This document shows positions 16,518-23,069 of a stretch of DNA of 32,000 nt, in pieces. Both the position numbers and the translations under genes were made by a program. The notes beneath the pieces are model-generated. The model was not told where the DNA came from. It did not search any database and saw nothing but the letters and a program-made list of their open reading frames with translations. Origin of the DNA: Pyrobaculum calidifontis JCM 11548 (GTDB taxonomy: Archaea > Thermoproteota > Thermoprotei > Thermoproteales > Thermoproteaceae). Each line of letters starts with the position of its first letter. The stretch's first letter is position 1. Location of the stretch: the NCBI RefSeq assembly GCF_000015805.1, contig NC_009073.1, positions 1,770,001-1,802,000 of the forward strand. Reading direction: 5' to 3'.

Positions 16518-17240
16518 CTATATAAGCCTTGACCCCGCCTTATATGCGGCGATTAAGAGGGCAGTGAAGAGGAGGCTACTCGCCAAAATCCTCCTCCCCA
16601 TGCGCCTTATCTCGTCCACAGTGGAGACCTTCTTGTGGCGGAGGTAGTTGTCGACAAGCAGGTACGTGGGCTCTGCCAGAGCCACCGCAGTGAGGGGGTT
16701 GAGGGCGGCCACGTAGGCGGCTGAGGGTAGCCAGAGGAGGAGGGGGGCCGTCGGGTCTAGAGACCTAAAGGCCAGGCGGGACTCCACGTAGAGGGCAAAG
16801 GAGGTGAAGTACGACACGTAGGCCGCGTAGACGGCGTATTCGCCGGGGGCCGGAGGCCCCAAGAGCGCCCTCATGGGCATCACTAGGGAGGAGTAGAGGG
16901 CTAGCCCGGCCACGTAGCCTACGGGAGTCCTCACCCGGCCGCCGGCCGCGGCGAGGAGGACGGCCGCGGCTAGGGCGAGGAGGGAGGCGAGGACGGGCGC
17001 CGGCATGTTGAATAAGGCGGGGATGTAGGGCAGGGCGTTTGCAAGGAGGAGAGGCGCCGAGACGGCCCTCCGCGAGGCTTGTTCAAAAAGCGCGCTAAAG
17101 GTGGTCAAGTGCACGAAGAACGCAAAAACGGCGAGGAGCGCCCTCCACCAGTCGGAGGGGAGGCCAAGGGCCAGAGCCGCGGCGAGGTCTGTTGTCAAGA
17201 CTCCCACGATGGTCCACTCCCGGGGGATCAGCCTGGGCAT
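16518..17240 (-). CDS. integral membrane protein, unknown function
   Basis: 240 aa with about 7 hydrophobic segments. No motif I can name with confidence. Confidence 0.5.
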   Translation of the reverse strand: MPRLIPREWTIVGVLTTDLAAALALGLPSDWWRALLAVFAFFVHLTTFSALFEQASRRAVSAPLLLANALPYIPALFNMPAPVLASLLALAAAVLLAAAGGRVRTPVGYVAGLALYSSLVMPMRALLGPPAPGEYAVYAAYVSYFTSFALYVESRLAFRSLDPTAPLLLWLPSAAYVAALNPLTAVALAEPTYLLVDNYLRHKKVSTVDEIRRMGRRILASSLLFTALLIAAYKAGSRLI

Positions 17241-17262
17241 GGCCCCTTGCTGTGCCCCAGTT

Positions 17263-17709
17263 TTAAACTTCGCCGCCCCGTAGCTCCCAGCCGCGTCTCA
17301 GCGCCCTCTTCGCCAACTCCACGAGGTACTCCGCGGCGTGGACAGGAGTGAGGAAGTTTCTCCCAACCACTTTAACCAAGGCGCTTAGGTGCGTGGAGTA
17401 GTAGGGACAGCGCAGGCAGTCGTTGTCGCAGTCGTCGGGCACATAGGCGCAGTTCCCCTCTCCAACTACCACGAGAGGCCTGGCCAAGACCCTTATGTGC
17501 CCATCCACGGCCTCTATGGGTATGTAGACCCCCGGCCCGTCGAAGCCCAGCCCCCTCAGCCTATTTATCCTCCTGTACACGGCGCTTAGAGAAAGGCCTG
17601 TCACAAAGCTTATCTGCTTAGCCCCAAGACCCTTGGCGAGTAGACACAACACGGTGACATCCTCCTTCTCCAGTGAAAAAGAGGTCCGGGGGAGAAATTT
17701 AAATCTCAT
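17263..17709 (-). CDS. HTH transcription regulator with C-terminal four-cysteine cluster (CX6CX3CX2C)
   Basis: N-terminal LuxR/sigma-70 region-4-like HTH (EKEDVTVLCLLAKGLGAKQISFVTGLSLSAVYRRINRL). C-terminal CAYVPDDCDNDCLRCP. The track start (TTG 17730) is unlikely. ATG 17709 (MRFKF...) lies 22-29 nt downstream of TATATAAC (17731-17738, minus strand). Confidence 0.65.
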   Translation of the reverse strand: MRFKFLPRTSFSLEKEDVTVLCLLAKGLGAKQISFVTGLSLSAVYRRINRLRGLGFDGPGVYIPIEAVDGHIRVLARPLVVVGEGNCAYVPDDCDNDCLRCPYYSTHLSALVKVVGRNFLTPVHAAEYLVELAKRALRRGWELRGGEV

Positions 17710-17740
17710 ACTAAGTAGTAAAAAATTCAAGTTATATACG

Positions 17741-18343
17741 TCACTTTCCGGCTACTGCCATTTTGAACATTTCCACTAGTGCTGGGACATATTCGCTGGC
17801 CCACTTGTCGCCGTACTGCTTTTTGAAGGCCTCTATCTGTACACTCATGGTGGGGGCTAGCTCCTTGTCTCCCTCTGTGAGGAATTTAGCTATTAGCTGG
17901 GCAGCCTTGTTTGGATCTGCCGCCGGGTTTGTGAGGCCGTTTTTCTCAAAGTACTTCATCATGATGGGGCCGCCCGCTGTCCCCTTCTCTATTCCGACGT
18001 TGCCCAAGAGGGTTTGACTTAGGTCGGGGCCTATGTTGCCCCCCACCTCGATGCCCACGGCCTTCACCGTGTGGCAGGCGTTGCAGGCAAGCTGTTTGAA
18101 GTATTCAACGCCCTTCTTGGCCAAGTCGGCGTTGTACTGCACTTTGACAGAAGGGGCTGGCGCAGTGGTCGTGGCCGGGGTGGAGGTTTGGCCAGCTGTG
18201 ACGGTGGTGGGGGACTCGGTTATCGTTGTGGCAGTTGTCCTAGTCTCGGTGACTGTAGCCGGCGGAGGGCTGTAGGTGAACGCCAGCGCGCCGATGATTA
18301 TGCCTACGATTGCAATTATCACATATATGGCCTCCTTTGCCAT
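17741..18343 (-). CDS. membrane-anchored mono-heme cytochrome c (paralog 2)
   Basis: CNACH motif, N-terminal TM anchor and Thr-rich linker. The C-terminal domain is collinear with the 12823..13401 product. ATG 18343 (MAKEAIYVII...) is preferred over the track start 18388 from the TATA-like CTTTAACA (18361-18368, minus strand) and the box spacing. Confidence 0.8.
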   Translation of the reverse strand: MAKEAIYVIIAIVGIIIGALAFTYSPPPATVTETRTTATTITESPTTVTAGQTSTPATTTAPAPSVKVQYNADLAKKGVEYFKQLACNACHTVKAVGIEVGGNIGPDLSQTLLGNVGIEKGTAGGPIMMKYFEKNGLTNPAADPNKAAQLIAKFLTEGDKELAPTMSVQIEAFKKQYGDKWASEYVPALVEMFKMAVAGK

Positions 18344-18376
18344 GTCTCCCCATACGCGGGTGTTAAAGAGGGTTGT

Positions 18377-18393
18377 GGTTAAACACATTAACC
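18377..18393. promoter_or_regulatory. candidate operator GGTTAA-ACACA-TTAACC between divergent cytochrome c and nirS-like genes
   Basis: Perfect 6-5-6 palindrome; the arms extend to 7 bp (18376-18394). The centre at 18385 is 42 nt from the cytochrome c ATG (18343) and 43 nt from the nirS-like ATG (18428). TATA-like GAATAAATC lies at 18399-18407. Confidence 0.7.
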
Positions 18394-18427
18394 ATAATGA
18401 ATAAATCGGACGGGCGTAGTCACTGCC

Positions 18428-20053
18428 ATGTCGCAGTCCCAGGAGAAGGGTGCTGGGAGACGCGACGTGTTAAAGGCCTTTGCCGCCGCTGGCCTGGGCT
18501 TCGCTGTTGGTAGCTGGGCCCTTGCCTTGAGCCGCGGCGCGCCTGTGCAGAAGGTGGTGTACGAGAAGGCTGAGGAGGTGAGGGTGAAGCCCGTGGTTCA
18601 AGTACAGCAACAAACCGCGGCGCCGCAGGTGTCCGCGCCTCCCCACGACGCTTTTCAGAAGAGGGGGCTCGCCTACTTGAGCGCCGATTATATACAAAGC
18701 ACTCTGAGGGTGTTGGTGCCGGAGGACCAGCTCCCCAGCAAGCCCACCGCCTACAACATCAACGACTTGGACTGGATAGCCATACTGATTGAGAGCAGAT
18801 ACCACGAGCCGGGCGTGGAGATGGTGGGGGCCTACACCTTCCTCGATATGAAGAATTTTAAGGTGCTGAAGCGGGTGAAAAACGCGGGGGATAGAGTCCA
18901 CGTGGTGAGGTTCGGCCGCGAGGAGTGGCCTGAGCACAAGAGGAGGTTTGCCCTCGGGATGTCAAGGGACTGCTGGCTCTCCAAGATCGACCTCTACTCC
19001 ATGCAGGTGGTTAGGCAGATTAAAATCGGCGTTGACTGCAGAAGCGCGGCGTACGACAAGGACGGGAAGTACGTAATAGCTGGCTCCAAGGACCCGGGCC
19101 ACGTGGTAATCCTTGACGCGGAGACCTTCAAGGTGTTGAAGGTTATCCCATTCCTTGGCGTGAGCAAGTTCTTCCCCACGCCCATGATGGGCCGGCAGGG
19201 CGCCATATTGACAACCGACTTGGGCTACTGGCTAGTCAACGTAAAAGACGCCGAGATGGTGCTTGTGATAGACTACAGAGACCCCTCCTTCCCCATTGTA
19301 CACGTCTTCACGAGCTATGACACTAACAAGAAGGGGAGAAGCGTCAAAGTCCAAATCGGCGACAAGACCTACGAGACCACAGGCATTGGCAAAAGCCCCC
19401 ACGAGCTCAACAAGTTGGACAAAGTGGGGAGGTATGTGGCTGTCACAGGGCAGGAGAGTAGCACAATTACAATACTCGACGTAGAGAACTTCGAGGTTGT
19501 CAACGTTATCCCATGTGGAAAGAAGCCTCACCCAGGCCCCGGCACCCTAGTCCCCAACAAGTACTTCCTAACCAACGCCATAGCCGAGGGCAAAATCACA
19601 GTGATAAACCTACAAACGATGGACCTAGAGAAGTACATAACTTACCCGCAGGAGTTCCCCGCCGACACAGGCGGCGGCCTCTACTCCACGCCGCCGCTCC
19701 CTGATGGCACAATACCCAAGGGCTTGGCGTGGTTTGACACCACGTTTAATATAAACAAGGGCATATTCGCCGTAGATATATACATGCTTGACGTGGCGAC
19801 GCGGCCGCCGAAGCCCGCGATATTTGCCGCAAACAAGCCGGGCAAGTGGGCCATGCACCCCGGCTATACCCCAGACGGGAAGTATGTAATAAGCGCGCTG
19901 GAGCGCACCGACACGGTGTACAAGGTAGACGCCGAGACTGGGGAAATTGTCGGCACCATAAACCTGAAAAACGTAGAGCCAGTCCAGCTACTAGAGGAGC
20001 CAAGCCCAACGGGCATATTCCCAGCTTGGCGCATAAAGGCGCCCTGGTTCTAA
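18428..20053 (+). CDS. nirS: NirS-family heme-d1 beta-propeller protein (nitrite reductase d1 domain) with Tat signal and no heme-c domain
   Basis: 541 aa. Twin-arginine signal (GAGRRDVLKAFAAAGLGFAVG). Segments RVHVVR, IKIGVDCRS, KYVIAG, HVVILDAETF, VNVKDAEMVLVIDY and KKPHPGPG parallel the d1 domain of cd1 nitrite reductases as I remember them. There is no CXXCH anywhere in the ORF. Confidence 0.75.
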   Translation: MSQSQEKGAGRRDVLKAFAAAGLGFAVGSWALALSRGAPVQKVVYEKAEEVRVKPVVQVQQQTAAPQVSAPPHDAFQKRGLAYLSADYIQSTLRVLVPEDQLPSKPTAYNINDLDWIAILIESRYHEPGVEMVGAYTFLDMKNFKVLKRVKNAGDRVHVVRFGREEWPEHKRRFALGMSRDCWLSKIDLYSMQVVRQIKIGVDCRSAAYDKDGKYVIAGSKDPGHVVILDAETFKVLKVIPFLGVSKFFPTPMMGRQGAILTTDLGYWLVNVKDAEMVLVIDYRDPSFPIVHVFTSYDTNKKGRSVKVQIGDKTYETTGIGKSPHELNKLDKVGRYVAVTGQESSTITILDVENFEVVNVIPCGKKPHPGPGTLVPNKYFLTNAIAEGKITVINLQTMDLEKYITYPQEFPADTGGGLYSTPPLPDGTIPKGLAWFDTTFNINKGIFAVDIYMLDVATRPPKPAIFAANKPGKWAMHPGYTPDGKYVISALERTDTVYKVDAETGEIVGTINLKNVEPVQLLEEPSPTGIFPAWRIKAPWF

Positions 20054-20068
20054 AAGGCTTTACTTTTT

Positions 20069-20524
20069 CTAAATAAGAAGGGCCGCCTTTTCAAGCGCCT
20101 TTTTGAAGACCTTGTACACGGCCACCTTTGTCACCCCCAGCTCTTTGGCCACCTCTCCCAAGCCCCTCCCCTCTGCCACTCGGCGCAGGACAGCTCTCTG
20201 CCTCTCTGTGAGAACCAGCCTCCTGTGAGACACTGCCTCCACTTTGACGACATGTGGGTTGGCTTTCAGGAGCTTTTTCACAGCCGGTGTGGCGCCTACC
20301 ACTACGACGAGTCGCCTGTTTTCCAATTCTACGCTTTTTACATACCCCACGGAGAGGAGTTTGTAGAGTATACACTCTTCACATTTAGACACTATGTGGA
20401 CGACTCCTCTAGGCGTTGCCACAACGTGGACGAGCTTGCCGTTTTGTATCTGAAAGCCCAGGTGGGCGTAGGCGTCGGCCGGCGTCTGTGGGCACGGCTT
20501 TAAAACTACGCGAAGAAATTTCAC
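20069..20524 (-). CDS. small transcription regulator, N-terminal Cys/His domain plus C-terminal HTH (paralog R1)
   Basis: 151 aa with a GTG start. KPCP(9-12), AHLGF(20-24), VHVV(32-35), KCEEC(47-51). C-terminal LTERQRAVLRRVAEGRGLGEVAKELGVTKVAVYKVFKKALEKA resembles HTH_10/LuxR/sigma-70 region-4 type. Collinear with ORFs 21516..21974 and 24274..24705. Confidence 0.7.
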   Translation of the reverse strand: MKFLRVVLKPCPQTPADAYAHLGFQIQNGKLVHVVATPRGVVHIVSKCEECILYKLLSVGYVKSVELENRRLVVVVGATPAVKKLLKANPHVVKVEAVSHRRLVLTERQRAVLRRVAEGRGLGEVAKELGVTKVAVYKVFKKALEKAALLI

Positions 20525-20624
20525 AGTAAATAAGTGGTATCAATATTTAACTTTTTCTATGTTCTATATTTTTATTCCCTAATAGACTAATAAATAGAAG
20601 TATGGAAAAAATTGCACAATTGTC

Positions 20625-20649
20625 TTCTGGTTAACTAAATTAACCAGAA
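20625..20649. promoter_or_regulatory. candidate operator TTCTGGTTAA-CTAAA-TTAACCAGAA upstream of the heme O synthase gene
   Basis: Perfect 10-bp arms with core GGTTAA-N5-TTAACC at 20629-20645. The centre at 20637 is 43 nt upstream of the in-frame GTG at 20680. TATA-like GCTTTTAGG lies at 20651-20659. Confidence 0.7.
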
Positions 20650-20679
20650 TGCTTTTAGGCGTTGCTTCGTGTAAGTGTC

Positions 20680-21519
20680 GTGGTGAAGGCGTATCTGACT
20701 TTGTTAAAGCCGAGGGTCATTTGGCTTTTAATTTTGGCCAGCGCAGCTGGGTACGTATACGCCGCGGGGGGCGTGGATTGGGGCAAGCTGTCTTCTCTTC
20801 TCTTGGCGGCTCTCTTGGCCACGGGCGGCTCTGCCGCGTTTAACCACTACTGGGAGCGTGACATAGACGCGGCAATGCGGCGCACGTCTCGTAGGCCTCT
20901 TCCAATGGGCCTAATTAAGCCGGGCAGGGCTTTGGCCTTTTCTCTGGCGCTCTCCGCGGCCGGCGTTGCCCTGGGCTTCCTCCTGCTGGGCCCGTTGCCG
21001 GGGGCCTTCGTGGCCTTGGGCTGGTTCTTCTACGCCGTGGTGTACACCATGTGGCTTAAGAGGAGGAGCTGGCTAAACGTCTTGGCAGGGGGATTCGCCG
21101 GGAACGCGGTTTTTCTAGGCGGATATGCGCTGGGAAAGGGCCACATAGACCTCGCCGCAGTGTTAATGTCCTTTGCCGTGTATCTCTGGATCCCGGCGCA
21201 CATATGGTCTCTGGCCTACAAGTACAAAGAGGACTACAGAAGGGCTGGCGTCCCCATGCTTCCTGTCGTAATTGGCGAGCAGAAGGCTGTCGTCGTGATA
21301 TCTGTCTTGAACGTGGCAAGTGTCGCCTATATAGCACTTTTGACGTTGCTCTTTTTGCCCTCCCTCTTGTCCTTGTTGCTAGTCGCCGTGGGCGCGGGGG
21401 CGGCCGTTGCGTCGAGTATATACGCGCTGGTGAAGAGGACTGAGGGAGCCATGTGGAAGATGTATAAATCCTCGGCCCCCGTCTTGACGATATTCTTGGT
21501 CGCAGTAATGCTGGCCTAG
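20680..21519 (+). CDS. ctaB: protoheme IX farnesyltransferase (heme O synthase, UbiA family)
   Basis: Motif [21 protein letters not shown] is typical of CtaB/CyoE; the protein is polytopic. The track start is TTG 20662. GTG 20680 or 20683 ([13 protein letters not shown]...) fits the TATA and box spacing better. Confidence 0.88.
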
Positions 21520-21974
21520 ACTAGGAGGGCCACCTTTTTCAAAGCTCTCCTAATTAGCTTAAGCGCCGCCACTCTGCTTACGCCCAGCTCTTTGGCCAAG
21601 TCGCCGGCCCCCTTGCCCATTGCCAAGTGGAGGAGCGCGTCTCGCTGTTTTTCAGTGAGCACTAGGTTCTTGTAGGACACCTCCTCTACCTTTACCACTT
21701 GGGGCGAGTTTCTCAAGACCCTTTTAACAGCGCCGTTGCCAGTCACCACGATAGTGATACGCCCCTCGCCCAGCTTGACTCCGCCGAAGATGTACCCGCT
21801 TGACGCCAGTTGGTAGAAGACACACTCGTCGCATTTGGCTACTACCCTCTCCACGCCCCGAGGGGTGGCCACAAGGTGTATTACATGCCCATTGCGCATG
21901 TGAAAGCCTAGATGGGCATAGGCGTCGCGGGGGACCTTTGGGCATGTACGTAAAACAACTCTAAGAAACTGCAT
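21516..21974 (-). CDS. small transcription regulator, N-terminal Cys/His domain plus C-terminal HTH (paralog R2)
   Basis: 152 aa. [68 protein letters not shown]. Clearly homologous to R1 along its full length. 4-nt convergent overlap with ctaB. Confidence 0.7.
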
Positions 21975-22091
21975 AGTAGTAAGTAGTTTTAACTTAATAA
22001 GTCTTGTTACACTATGCTATTTTACATATAGTAACATTTTTATATTATTTATCACACATAAATACATAGAGATGCATCATCGTATTTTCAG

Positions 22092-23060
22092 TTACTGCGG
22101 CGGGTTGAGGGGGACTGGCTTCGACTTGGCTGACCGAAGCGCCGCGTAACCCGCGATCCCCACTACTAACACGGCGGCTGGCGCCGTTAGGCCGACGTTT
22201 CGAAGGGCGTATGCGGCCAGCGACGCGGCTAGTAGCTCGTACTTGTAGCTTGGCGCTTCTCTGTAGAGGATTGAGGGGAGGAAGTAGGGCACGCAGAGGG
22301 TGGACATTATGACGGCGAAGGCCATGTAGGCGAAGTGGTGCCCCAGAGGGGCCAGGGCTATGGCTACTCTAAAGAAGAGGGACCCCACGCCGTATGCGTC
22401 GCGGGGCTTGGGAGGAGCCGTTAGGGTTAGGGCAATGGAGGGGAATATGAAGGACCACAGATGCCCCCACAGTGACGCGGCCCAGGCTAGGGCGTAGAGG
22501 AGGGCCAGGGTAGCCGCCGCCTTCAGCCTAAAACGCGCCTTTGCCCTAGAGACGTCTACGCGGTAGAGAAGAGTGTAGACGGAGGCCAGTGGGAAAGATA
22601 GCGCCGCCATTAGGGGGGTGGGGGAGAGCGGGAGAAGGGCGAGGCCTGGTATGGTGATTAAGTTGGGGTAAAAGGTGGGCTTTTTTCCAAGCCCCTTGGC
22701 GTATAGGGCGATGTACACGGCGGAGAAGGGGGCGTAGGCGGCGTAGCCGTAGAGCTGGGAGGCGGCTGTGCCAAGGATGAAGAGGGCTGTGAGTAGCCAC
22801 GTGGCCCACCTAGCCGGCGCCGCGTTGATGAAGCCTGGTAGCTGGATGTACATTACGGCGAAGTAGAACGCCAGCAGGCCCGACACCATGAGGGACATAT
22901 GCCACGCCACCTGCCCCACGGCGGCGAGGAGGGCGCCCCCGGCCAAGAAAAAGGCCGAAAGAAAGAGGGCGAGCCTGGAGGCCCACACCACGTCTACCAC
23001 GGCCTTGTAAAAAGCCAAGGGCTCAGACCTCCCCACTGGCAACCAAGGCGAGAGGCCCAT
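22092..23060 (-). CDS. polytopic membrane protein, divergent NnrS-like candidate
   Basis: 322 aa, hydrophobic throughout. The segment WHMSLMVSGLLAFYFAVMYIQLPGF loosely parallels the NnrS H-x-x-x-M-x-x-G-F region. Starts 9 nt after the upstream NnrS-like gene. Confidence 0.4.
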   Translation of the reverse strand: MGLSPWLPVGRSEPLAFYKAVVDVVWASRLALFLSAFFLAGGALLAAVGQVAWHMSLMVSGLLAFYFAVMYIQLPGFINAAPARWATWLLTALFILGTAASQLYGYAAYAPFSAVYIALYAKGLGKKPTFYPNLITIPGLALLPLSPTPLMAALSFPLASVYTLLYRVDVSRAKARFRLKAAATLALLYALAWAASLWGHLWSFIFPSIALTLTAPPKPRDAYGVGSLFFRVAIALAPLGHHFAYMAFAVIMSTLCVPYFLPSILYREAPSYKYELLAASLAAYALRNVGLTAPAAVLVVGIAGYAALRSAKSKPVPLNPPQ

Positions 23061-23069
23061 TGCGGCCGC

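Noticed and set aside
17710-17730. TTG start (17730) for the 4-Cys regulator, and similar longest-ORF starts at 13431 and 18388.
   Set aside because: The extensions would begin upstream of or within the TATA-like elements or repeat arms and add non-conserved, odd N-termini. Internal ATGs have correct promoter spacing.
22071-22078. Perfect 8-bp palindrome GATGCATC just downstream of the 322-aa membrane gene.
   Set aside because: It is short and isolated, with no second copy or flanking structure, and is within chance expectation.
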